A stretch of DNA of 64,000 bases from Eledone cirrhosa (Eukaryota). This document shows positions 52,091-63,614 of the stretch, one piece after another (the first letter of the stretch is position 1; each line of letters opens with the position of its first letter). Made by a program: the position numbers and the translations under genes. The stretch covers positions 67,642,001 to 67,706,000 of the forward strand of contig OZ024746.1 in NCBI GenBank assembly GCA_964016885.1. Reading direction: 5' to 3'. The notes under the pieces were generated by a model. The model was not told the DNA's origin and searched no databases. It saw nothing but the letters and a program-made list of their open reading frames with translations.

Positions 52091-53234
52091 CAAAGCAGCG
52101 TTAGCTTTGTACGATAGGCGCCAGGGAGGCGCCCTAAAATACGTCTTGCCTAAAAGTATTTGTCTGTCTATATTGTGCGCGAGACTAACTACTCTTGGCT
52201 ATTGCGTACATTTGTTTAAATATATTTTAATTTAATTATTTTCCGGGGGGGGGTGTCATTGCACTGCAGTCATGCTGGGACACTACTTTCAACTTTTTTA
52301 TCGATTACAACGATCCGAGAAAATATTCCTGTCTGGGATTTATTTTATGAATCTTTATTTGTCGAACAGTTAAGTTGTTGGACATGAATTGACACAACAT
52401 AAGCCAAAGCACCGGATTTTACACCGGTATAAACACATACATACATACATACATACATATCTAATAACTGCATATACCCATGTACAGATTCAAAGCATAT
52501 ACACATGCACATATATAACTTAAAACATACACATCCACACATACAATAACATCCATACCTGTACACATGCATGCATGCAGACATGCATACATATCTACCT
52601 AGTTGATGTGTAAATTCTAATGAGAGTCTTGTATCTATGTTAGAAACCGACTCTCTCTCTCTCTCTATTGGCAAAAATTTGTGAAATTATAAAACCAGAA
52701 CATCCATCCATCCATACATCCATACATAAGATGGATTCTGCATGAAATGCCAGTCACTGCGCATTGGTTGTCTTAGAGCTATAGTACAAAACGCATACCC
52801 AGGGTAATGTAAAATTGAGCCCAGATCTCCGCGGTTGCAAAACAAGTTTCTTAAACAGATATTGTTTAAAATTGTGCATTACAATACCAGATTTATTACT
52901 TTTATTTCAGCTACTGATATTTCACAAGAGAGACCAACTAATAACCTCGTTTCTCCAAACATGCTTCATAAATTATCACTTGAAAAGCCGAAAAGCTGAA
53001 AATGTCTGTTCAAAGAATATTGATTTCTTACCTAAATTATAAGGAGACATATTCATAGGCGTTACAAATATGTATTCATAACGTCCTTACGTGTATTTAT
53101 CGTGGTGGTGGTGGTAGTGGTAGTCAGCATGGATTGAGTCAAGCAAACCTATGATCAAAACCATTCCAGTTGTGACTAACGTATTTTTCGTGAGAGTATG
53201 AGTTATATTATCTAAAGTGACCTTTCATTATTTA

Positions 53235-53620
53235 AGGGCGGTGGCAGTGGATTGGCAGTATTGGTAGAGGGTCGGACGCCATCTTTCGAGCATAGTTACG
53301 TCCCTTTACGGTCTGAGTTCAAATATTGCCGAGGTTAACTTTGCCTTTCATCCTTACGAGGTCGATAAAATAAAGTGCCAGTAATACACTGGGTAATTGC
53401 CGGCCTTGTGCCAAAAGTAGAAACAATTAATAAAGGGCGGTGGATTGGCAGTATCGGTGGAGGGTCGGACGCCATGCTTTCCAGCATAGTTACGTCCCTT
53501 TACGATCTGAGTTCAAATCCCGCCGAGGTTGACTTTGCCTTTCATCCTTACGGAGTCGATAAAGTAAAGTACCAGTAATGCACTGGGATAATTGCTGGCC
53601 TGGTGCCTAAAGTAGAAACA
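53235..53620 (+). mobile_element. SINE family A tandem dimer with ATTATTTAAG target-site duplication
   Basis: Two full units; attatttaag at 53227 and 53621. Confidence 0.9.
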
Positions 53621-53811
53621 ATTATTTAAGATGGTATGGTGCCATTTTAAGAAGAACTGGCTGCCACTTCTAGCTAGCCGAGCGACTATATAGAGGTATC
53701 CTCTGTTATTGTTGGTGGTGAGGTTTCAGTCCTCACCACGTCGTTCTCTTTACAGATGAGTATCTTAAAACTATATAACCCAATGTGGACTTATTATTTT
53801 CAATACACATA

Positions 53812-53996
53812 AGGGCGGTGGATTGACAGTATCGGTAGAGGGTCGGATGCCATGCTTTCCAGCATAGTTACGTCCCTTTACGATCTGAGTTCAAATCCCG
53901 CCGAGGTTGACTTTGCCTTTCATCCTTACGAGGTCGATAAAATAAAGTACTAGTAATGTACTGGGTATTGCTGGCCTTGTGCCTAAAATAGAAACA
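53812..53996 (+). mobile_element. Full-length SINE family A with a 19-bp target-site duplication
   Basis: attattttcaatacacata at 53793-53811 and 53997-54015. Confidence 0.93.
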
Positions 53997-54774
53997 ATTA
54001 TTTTCAATACACATACGGTATAATTTTAGAAAGATTGGGCTGCTGTTTTAGCAGGTTAAGCAACCACTTCGGGGCATCCTCTTTTGTTGGAGATACGGGC
54101 GTTCCACCCATGACAACGTCGTTCTTCTCTCGGGAATTCCGTATCCAGGACTATATAATCCAATTAGACTACACATTTTTTCAAGACGCCAAGCGTGTAA
54201 TTTGAGGGAGATATAGCAGCTATTTCTAGCAAGTCAAGCAACAATGTAGATATAGTTCTTCGTTGGTTTGTGTTTATTTATCAATGGTGTAAATGAAAGG
54301 AAATGAAATCAGTCGATATATGCATCAACTATAGTTTCTCTTTCACTGGTGCTATATTAATACTATGTAATACCGAATACTTTTTTATATTAATGAGATA
54401 CGTTTCCAAAAAATATACATAGAAAGGAAGGAAGAAACTTTTGTAATATAAAGACTATTAATTCTAGAAGAACCGTAGGAAATTAGAGAGGAGTGAAAGT
54501 TAAAATGAAATAAAAGCGAATATAATTTCCGCTGTGTAATAATGAGTTACATTTCAGCAAGTCATGAGTGAAATGAGATACTGAAGTAACGCCTGTGAAA
54601 AGCTAATATATTTTGCTTGGTAGAAAATACAGCTTTTTGAACTAAATAGTTTCAATTGAAACGCCTTTAGTAGTAGTTCGTAGAATAAATGCTCCCAGAA
54701 GCCATAGAGAAGAACAGTAAATTCCTAATTAATATCAACAATTGTGTCGCTCTTATTATTAGATACGGCCTCAA

Positions 54775-55000
54775 AGGATGGTGGTTTGGCAGAATTGGTA
54801 GTTCGTCGGATAAAATGTTATTGCAACGTTTCTTCTAGTTGTTTACATTCTAAGTTCAAATCCTGCTAAAGTCAACTTTTCCTTTCATCTTTCAGGAGAC
54901 TACAAAATAAAGTGGCAACCAAATATTAGGCTTGATTTAATCAACTTTGCCCTAATCCCAAATTTTCTTGCCTTGTTCCAAAATTAGAAATGACTATTAC
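54775..55000 (+). mobile_element. Old SINE family A copy
   Basis: tggcagaattgg..aagttcaaatcc..cctttcatc..ttgccttgttccaaaattagaaa. Confidence 0.7.
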
Positions 55001-55714
55001 ATACCACAGCCTATGAGAATATGGCAGATGCATTAACTTTACATTGAACAGTCACACATATGCTAAATGCATACAAATTATTTCATGTGTGAATGAACCT
55101 CGGAGTAAAAGGGTGAGTGTGTGATGTAGATGGATGTTAATTAGCTTATTTAAAAAATTAGATTTCTTATTAAATATTCCTCAGAAGATTTAATGAAGAG
55201 ATTTTCATTTCTCAGTATTTTCTTTATTTTTAAATTTGATCACCTGCATATATACAAATAAACATAGTATATGAGAGATGTATTTTAATTATGTCTCATA
55301 TAAAATAATACAACTGGCTATCCGCAAAATACGTATAGTTAGCACCCCAAACGTATAATTGGGATTATACTAAGGTATATCCTAATGTTTGTTGAGTGAG
55401 ACGGAAGCCGGTCGGAGTATTGCTTAAAGGTTTCTCTGTTAATGTATTAAATATATATATATATAGATGCGTGTGTATAGATAAAGGCAGACAGACATGT
55501 AAGTAGGTAAACAAACAAGCTGCCCGACAGACAGACAGGCAGGCAGATAGATAGACAGACAGACAACTAAACAGAGAGACAGACAGCCAGCTAAACAGAT
55601 ATAGAGACAGATAGACAGGCAGACAGCTAAACAGAGAGACAGACAGCCAGCTAAACAGATATAGAGACAGATAGACAGGCAGACAGCTAAACAGATAGAG
55701 ACAGACAGACAAAT

Positions 55715-56518
55715 AGATAAATTTATTTATTAGCCACAAGGGCACAAAAGAAGGGGACAAATACAAATGGGGAGTTTACATACAGGTATATGAAAATAAA
55801 ACTATTAATAAAATAACAAATAACAATTGATATCCTCAATAGGGGGAGGCGTTACACAGGGGTTGTACACACCCCGAAAAAATGTACAACTCTCATCTCC
55901 AGGAGCACCAAGAGTGAGTACTCCCTTCCTCTCTTTCCTCAACCTACGGGTTATATAGAGAGAAGGCCCAACCACTCGGGCCATCTTTGCCACATTCACC
56001 CACCTTTTATAAAATTTGCTGGGGTACAGCACCTCTCTCTCCATCCTGATTCTTCTTCCAAAATGATATTTGAAAAAACGAATCAGTTGCTCGCCGGAGA
56101 GAAAGGTGTCTGACCTCAGCCCTTTTAACCTCGTCCACCATATAACTTCTTTCACCATAGCCATAACACATAGGAAGTTTTTGAAGGAGGGTGGCGGTTT
56201 GGTCATGACAATGGACTCGGTGGTCAACTGGATTGGTCCCACCCGCGACAATAGTCGTTCTACATAGCCCCACAGGTCGGTAACGCCCGGGCAGTGTACA
56301 AATGCGTGCGCGGCGGTTTCCTCGTCGCGCACGCATCTCGGACAGATCTTTTTCGAAGGGTCCCTACCCGGGTGCCCGTGCCTGTAGAGCTTGTCTCGAA
56401 CTGGTAGAGCTCCTCGGTAGCACTGCCAGGCCAGGGACTTTTGGAAGTTGTTCATTAGTCCCGGGCGGAAGGTCCTACCGAACAGACTGGCCAGTTCGTC
56501 ATCCTCTACGCCTAGTTT
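55715..56518 (-). mobile_element. Tx1/L1-clade LINE 3' fragment (C-terminal zinc finger + 3' UTR) ending in (GACA/GATA)n
   Basis: SLAWQCYRGALPVRDKL..CPRCVRDEETAAHAFVHCP; AATAAA followed by a ctat/ctgt tract on the minus strand. Confidence 0.9.
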
Positions 56519-56524
56519 AGACAA

Positions 56525-59500
56525 ATAGATAGATAGATAGTTAGATATGTTTCTATTTATTGCCACGAGGGCGCAAAAGAAGGGGACAAATACAAAGGGG
56601 GGAGTTTACACAAAAGAACGAGTAAAAGAAAAACAAATAACAAATATAAGATTAACAATAAAGTCCTCAATAGGGAGGAGGCGTTTTGGGGGGTCGCACA
56701 CACCCCCGAAAAAGTGCGCAACCCTTCTCCTCAGGAGCACAGAGAGAGGGTGCTCCCTTGTTCTTCCATCTTTTTCACCTACAGGCTGATATAGAGAGAA
56801 GGCCCATTCACACGGGCCATTCTCGCCACTTTCACCCACCTTTCATAAAACTGGCTGGGGTGGAGCACCTCTCTCTCCATCCTGATCCTTCTTCCGAAAT
56901 GATATCGGAAGAAAAGGACCAGTTGTTGGCCAGAGAGGAAGGTATCTGATCTCAGTCCTTTCAAACGCGTCCACCATACAACCTTTTCACCATGGCTATT
57001 ACGCACAGGAACACCGCCTCTCCTTCATTTTTGAAGGGGGAGGCGGCTTGATCGTTATAATGGACTCGGTGGTTAACCGGATAGGTCCCACCCTTGACAG
57101 CAGTCGTTCGACATAGCCCCACAGATCGGCGACGCCCGGGCAGTGTACCAATGCAGGCGCGACGGTTTCCTGGTCGCGCGCATCTGGGACAGATCTTTTT
57201 CGAGGGGTCCCTACCCGGACGCCCGTGTCTGTAGAGTTTTTCTCGAACGGGCAGAGCTCCTCGGTAGCACTGGAAGTTGTCCATAGGTCCCGGGCTAAAT
57301 ATCCTACCGAACAGGCTGGCCAGTTCGTCTTCCTCCATGCCTAGGGTTTCTCCGAGGGCGTCGTCGCACCTGCTAGCCACCAGCCCTATATAGAATGTCG
57401 AGGTGGAGTCTCCACTGATAACCGGGTCCGCTTGCCAGAGTGCCGTGAGCGCCTGGGCACACTCAGTGTGCCAGGCGCCCAGTTTTCTCGGTCTTTGCTT
57501 CACCCAAGACTGCAGCTCGGTGAACCATACGAGTCTCGGAAAGGCTCGTCTCTCAAACGGGGCCCACACCGGATGACCGCTGAGGAATACCTGGAGGTGT
57601 CGTAGCCGTAATGCGTGTTTACGCATCAGCAGCCACGGCATCCCCAGCCCTTCTTTCGAAGGGTGTTGACAACAGATGGATCTCCTCACCAAAGGAGCCC
57701 GCTTCTTCCAAAGGAATTGGAAGAGTGCGCGCTCCATTTTGGTGAGCGTTTCCCTAGGGCAAGGCACGACGGTCAGGCGGTAGTAGATGACGGGCGCTAT
57801 ATAAGTGTTCGTCACCTCCGCCCGACCTTTCAGTTTGCACTCGGCCCACTTCTGGGTCAGTGCAGACACCCTGTTTGAAACCTCGCCCCAGTTCTTCACA
57901 TGGAGGTCCGGTCCAAACCAGACCCCGAGCAACTTCACCGGGCCCTCGGTCCAGCGTCCGACGACGCCATTGGAGGGCATCGGTTTTCCCCTCCACGTGC
58001 CGAGTTGCAAACCGATCGACTTGTCCAGGTTCAGCTTAGCCCCTGTCAACCTTTCGTACTCCTCCAGTAAGGTGCCGATCGCCCCGATTTCCGAGGTGGT
58101 CGACACCATTACTATTACGTCATCGGCGTAGGCCGACACCGCTTTGCGCAATACCGGTTCCAAAGGGATGCCCTGCAACTTTCGCAGCAGTAGCTCGAGA
58201 GCCAATACATACAGAAGGGAGGAGAGAGGGCACCCTTGTCGGATGAACCGGGCGATTTCGAAAGACTCCGAGAGGTAGCCGTTCACCTTGACTCTAGAGA
58301 AGATGCGGCTGCTATGCATGGCAATGATCCAGCCCCTGAAAACGGGTCCGAAACCAGCCGGCGCTAGCACCGCATCCAGGTAACCATGGTCGACCCTATC
58401 GAACGCCTTAGACTGATCCAAGTTGATCAGGGCCCCACCAATTCTGGGTTCGTTCCCAACCCTCTCTATGACGTATCGCATGAGGTGGAGGTTGTCGTGA
58501 ATGGAACTGGACGGGATAGCGCATGTCTGCGCATCTCCCACCAGGCTACCCACGACAAGCGCCACCTTGGCCAAAATCTTTAACTCTGCATTTAGCAGAG
58601 TTATGGGCCTAAAGTTACTAATATCGTCCCCCTTGTTCTCGTCCTTCTCACTAGCGAGACTACGCACTTGGGTACAGAACAAGAATTCTCCCGTTCTGTT
58701 ACCAGTTGCAGTAGACCGCCTCGAGGAGATCGGAGAACAAGTCCGGCATATTTATATATAGTTCGTAAGGAAGACCATCGAAACCTGGATATTTGCGTTT
58801 GCCGCATAGACTCAGCACGTCCTCTATTTCAGCAGCTGAAATCGGCCTCACGCAGGACCTCGCCTCCTTGTCCGAAAGACGCGGCAGGCCGTCGAGGTAT
58901 GGACCGAAATCAACATCCCCGTCCAGCTCCCCGCCCCTTCCGAACAATTGGACAAAGTGCTTTCGAAAGGTCTCACACATCTGCTTAGGCTCAAGGATCA
59001 CCCGTCCATCCTGGTCTCGCAAAGACCGGATGGTAGATGTAATTCCACTCTTGGCTTCTGTCACGCGGACCCAGCTAACAGTTTTGGTACCCTCCCCTAG
59101 AGCACGTATTTTACTTCGGACAACGCAGCCTTCGTGCTTCGCGTCGAAAAACTGGCTCAAGGCCGTTCTCGACGCTAGCACTCTGGCCACGTCGCCGCTT
59201 CTAATTGCCTCTTCTACTCTATCTGTTAGCTCCCTTTCCTTCCTATTCCTATCCGCAGCTAAAACCTTACTAAATTCTATCGAGACTAATCTAATCTCTC
59301 TCTTGAGAGATCCCCACCACCTGCTGTTGACGATCGCTCCAGTCAACCGCTCCTTAACTAAAGTACTAATCTGGTCCCTGTAAACTTTACTTACCGGTAA
59401 TGACAAGTTCAGCTTCCAGTAACCGGGACCCTGCCTATGCGTTCTATCAAGGTTGACTTTGCAGGTCACTAATTTGTGATCTGAATAGCCAACCATGAGC

Positions 59501-61250
59501 ATCTCTGGACAACTTAAAATGTCCCTATCCTTATTTCTAACTAAGAACCTATCTAGTACGATCTAGATTGACCGCTCCAAGTCCAGCATAGCGCAGTCGG
59601 AAAATCTAGTCAAAATCTATCGGCCAGTTCAAATCGGCCGAGTATCCCCTTGAGGCTGTTACACCCCCACCCTCTATCGGGACATGCCTCTGCATAGTCC
59701 CAACGTGCATCAAGGATACAATTCCAGTCCCCCACTAAAAGCAGGGAATGGAACGTCCCTAGAAAAGTCTCCAGACGTTGGAAGAAGTCGGGCCGCTCTG
59801 TCCCAAAAGGGGCATATGCGGCTACCAGCCTAAAGTCTCCACCTTCACCACTGCCAAGGTCCAGCACCACCAGTCGACCCCCTGGGTCCAAGTGAACTAT
59901 CTGTGTGGCGAGACCCAGATTTTTTTGCAGCCGTACGACAACCCCACCGCCACCTCCGGGCTGACAGAGAGATGCGTGCATCTCAAATTCATCAAATGTG
60001 GGGGCTAGCTTGCGCACGCTGCTGACCCGAGTCTCGCAAATAACCATCGCATTTATACTGCGTGACCTGAGATCATTTAGAAGCTTTGCTTGCTTCCAAG
60101 GTGAGCCCAGGCCCGCACATTCACACAACCTACTCTGAACACAGCCATGTTGGTGTTAAAATGGAAAAAAAAAAGCACCTACCTCTCTACGTCCCAGTGT
60201 CCGGGCTGCACAACTTCCATGGGGTGGGGGAGGGGTTGTTGTGTGGGGGGGGGCATCAGTGTGTGGTGGGGTTGGGGTTTTTGGAGTTGTGTGGGTGTCT
60301 GGGGAGGAGGTGGGGAAATGTTTTAAGAGGACACGGTTAATGGGTCTGACGCAGGGGGGCCCCACGTCCTCTTTAAAAGTGTCTTTTAAAGTTTTGTAAA
60401 TGCCCATTGGGGCTTTTATCATTTTTAGATGGGGAAGCCCCGTTGCTTGTGCGAAATTCGATCCTTCGGTTTTTATTAAGTTGTTATTATAAATAACGTT
60501 CAGCAGTGTTTTGTTTATTGTGTTTATGTAAGTGTATGCATATATTTCCTTTTGTGAGATGTTTTTTGTTGGCTGTTGTTGTGTGTTTTTTTGTGTTGAT
60601 GTCTGTGTTATGTCTTGGGGAGGGGTTGTTTGTATTTGTGTTCCTGTGGTGTATTTTCTTTCTTTTAACTTTTTGAAAGAGTTCCCTCCTCCCTCGTCTG
60701 ACGACAAAAGGGGGTCGTCTTCCGTATTCGAGGGGAGGGGTACATTTTCGGCTCGTGTTTGTGGTGTGGGTGTTATTGTATTTATTTTCTATTTGGGGGA
60801 GATGGGGGGATTGTTTTCAGTTGTGTTTTAACTTGGGGTGTTAGTTGTTTTTGTGGTGGTGGTGGAGATTGTGTTGGTAGTGTTGTAGTTGTTGGTGTGG
60901 GCAAAATCGGTGTTTTTTTTGTTTGCTTGGGAACAGGCAACCCTCAGGTGACCTCTGCCTCCACAGAGGTAACAAGCGGGTCGTCTACCCTCCACTGTGA
61001 TGTGTAAGTAGGCAAGCCCATCCAGCAATATGCGGTCGGGGATCCTAGCAATTCGTTCTGGCTGCATTTGCACCAGAACTTGTAGGCTAGTTCCACTGAC
61101 TGGAAGACTTACCTACCGAAATTACTGCATCCTCTTTCAAGTCGAAGAGGCCACACAGTACCGCCCAGAAATCAATATCTGGATCGATACTGTGTATGGT
61201 CAATCCTTGCGTTCAAAATTGTTCAAAATTGTTTCATAAATGTATGCCTT
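56525..61250 (-). mobile_element. Near-full-length degenerate Tx1/L1-clade LINE (ORF1 with CCHC knuckle; ORF2 APE-RT-zinc finger)
   Basis: ORF1 RRPACYLCGGRGHLRVAC; APE ICETR..GDWN..YSDHKLV..GYWKLN; RT NFRPITLLN, LDQSKAFDRVDH, RQGCPLS, AYADD; EGLGMP; CPRC. Several frameshifts. Confidence 0.96.
56961..60146 (-). pseudogene. LINE ORF2 (endonuclease-reverse transcriptase), split by frameshifts
   Basis: ORFs 59610-60128, 58699-59502 and 56961-58682 are consecutive parts of one ORF2. Confidence 0.93.
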
Positions 61251-61559
61251 GCTGATCAACGTGAACAATTTGACGAGTGCATTCACAGAAATAAAATATT
61301 ATAAATATAATTTCAAACGTCTCCAGACGACATAAGCTCCGTCTATCAGAAATTATAAACGTAAGAATCTAATATAATTCGATTTTCAAAATGAATCATA
61401 AAAATTAAAATTTAATTGTATTTTTAGTGTATTTTGTTGTTACTTTTTTAATTATTTTATTACAATCATTTTCTGAAATCTTATTTGATGCAAATCACGT
61501 CTTCGGCACTACATTAATAGAACACATGTTCCCCATTATTGCATGGTGTGTGTGTGTAC

Positions 61560-61595
<36 letters not shown>

Positions 61596-61785
61596 CTCAG
61601 AGAGATGACAGTGTACAATCAAACGTAAAGAAACTAGTAGAAATTGGGAGAAAACACGAATATTATGGAATCACGGCAGATTACAGAATGCGGCGAAGAG
61701 AGAAACTGGAAAAGACAACAATTTCCCGATAAATTTCAAACGTAAGCCAATTCCCCTGAACGGACGGTTTTCCAGTAGGGAGGAA

Positions 61786-61820
<35 letters not shown>

Positions 61821-61953
61821 ACAAAGGAAATGTGGTAAGGAAGCAGAAGGACCATAAGGCACCAGAGTACTCAATACTTAGAGTAGTATAGTGGGAAATA
61901 GGAAAAAGTATGACCCCCGACGGCAGAGCTCAAGCCATTTTGACGGCTATTTC
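61821..61953 (-). mobile_element. Family-F fragment (3' half of the hammerhead plus tail, ending in (TA)n)
   Basis: ggaaaaagtatgacccccgacggcagagctcaagcc matches 24668-24720. Confidence 0.75.
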
Positions 61954-61975
61954 TCACACAGTAGTGGTGAGAAGG

Positions 61976-62014
61976 TCAGACAGCTGTTTCTGGATTTGTA
62001 TCCGTCATCAGTAA
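61976..62014 (-). ncRNA. Minimal hammerhead motif (family G, left-arm copy)
   Basis: Minus strand: tta-CTGATGA-c-GGAT acaa ATCC-a-GAAAC-AGCT-GTC-tga. Confidence 0.82.
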
Positions 62015-62094
62015 TATTTACTCGGTCCTGAGACGAGAATAGACTAAATTTTTCGTATGAAACATCAGCTGGATATGCGCATTTGCATATGGTG

Positions 62095-62130
<36 letters not shown>

Positions 62131-62431
62131 CAAAGATGGTGTGGTAAGATACCAGGTGGACCATAACGCACCAGAGTACTCAATACTTAGGTTAGTAGAA
62201 TTGGTAATAGGAAAAGAATCAGGACCCACCCCAACGGCTGAGCTTTGGCTCAAATCCGAACGGCCGGAGCTCAGCCGTTGGGGTCCTGATTTTTTCCTAT
62301 ATATATAATATATATATATACATATATATACATATATATATATATATATAGCACCATATGCAAATGCGCATATCCAGCTGATGTTTCATACGAAAAATTT
62401 AGCCTATTCTCGTCTCAGGACCGAGTAAATA

Positions 62432-62470
62432 TTACTGATGACGGATACAAGTCCAGAAACAGCTGTCTGA
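62432..62470 (+). ncRNA. Minimal hammerhead motif (family G, right-arm copy)
   Basis: tta-CTGATGA-c-GGAT acaa GTCC-a-GAAAC-AGCT-GTC-tga; predicted cleavage after 62467. Confidence 0.82.
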
Positions 62471-63015
62471 CCTTCTCATCACTACTGAGATAGCTGTAAC
62501 ATAACATGACCATAGGTTTTAATACTTCTTAGGGAGACTCTTGTATGTTTCTTATACATAAATATACCGTTTATGCTTTCATATACAAACAACTACTCTA
62601 TGAACCACATTACGTTAGTACCCCTTCTAATATATATAAGAGAGAGAGATAGTGTATGTGTGTGTGTATGTGTGTAATATTCCTATAATTTATTTCTAAA
62701 TGTATGCAATCAGTATGCAGTTTACATGGTTCTATATGTACATATGTATACAACAAATACCATACGTGTGAAATAAATGAAATATATGCAAATACATCAA
62801 AGGATTTGTCTTTTCTATACATGACTGTGTTTGTAGCTGGTTTTGCCGACATATGTCTATTCGTCTGTCGGTCATTGTGTCTATGTCTGAGAATTGTGTT
62901 TGTGTCTGTATATTTATATTTAACTGGTATATATAAAATGCATACGAACTTCACTTCCAGCACTTAAATAATTTCAAATTCTCACACGGAATCACGTGTA
63001 GTTGCATTATATATA

Positions 63016-63488
63016 CTAGCAGAAAAAACACCCTTCGGGGGGTTTTCTGCTGGCATGTGTAGTGTGTATATTGATAATATACGCAGGTATATATACATGT
63101 AGATATGATACATCAAATAAAATCGTAATTGACAATATATAATACATAGAAATTGAACGAAGACTGCGTTACACTGTCTTATTTAATCAGTAACGTAATC
63201 CATGATACATTAAAAAAGACTATATTATATATAAACTGCATTAGGAGAAAATTAGTGACAGAAAATTAGTATCTTTATTTAAGCGATGGACAACCGGAAG
63301 TGTTGACATTCAGAAATTTTAAAGAAGTGAATCTTTAAATAAACAAAATATATTTAATCAACAGCCACGGAATTTAGTAGATAAATTATGTAATATTCAT
63401 TCATTATTTATTCAAAGTAATCCAACTTATTTTACTAATGGGATAAAAAATTATAAACCGTACGCAGTCCCGCGCTCCTTACTTTATT

Positions 63489-63498
<10 letters not shown>
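63016..63498 (-). mobile_element. Non-autonomous Helitron (same family as 26295-26691)
   Basis: Reverse-complement homology over about 380 bp; 3' hairpin ccagcagaaaa...ttttctgCTAG|T. Confidence 0.8.
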
Positions 63499-63520
<22 letters not shown>

Positions 63521-63614
63521 ATGGCTGACTGAATACAGACGTGTCTTTTTTTTTTTTTTCACAAAAACAAATGTTTCGGTTCTTTCCCCTTCTCACTTTC
63601 CACCTTATTCTATC

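Larger units (their letters stand above)
61959..62487. mobile_element. Fold-back hammerhead structure (family G): arms 61959-62095 / 62351-62487 around (TA)n and a nested inverted family-F fragment (62128-62299)
   Basis: 137-bp inverted arms with about 3 substitutions. Confidence 0.85.

Noticed and set aside
53235-53996. tRNA genes
   Set aside because: The A/B boxes belong to SINE heads; there is no complete cloverleaf, and they continue into the SINE body with TSDs.
61306-61357. Hammerhead-like fold on the minus strand (CTGAT-AGACG..CGTCT-g-GAGAC-GTT)
   Set aside because: Core lacks G8/A9 and GAAA is altered; may be a fossil but cannot be supported.
14842-62487. A-to-I editing signature in arm-to-arm differences
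   Set aside because: The roughly dozen differences I noticed are mostly transitions but go in both directions and include CpG decay; too few to separate from ordinary mutation.
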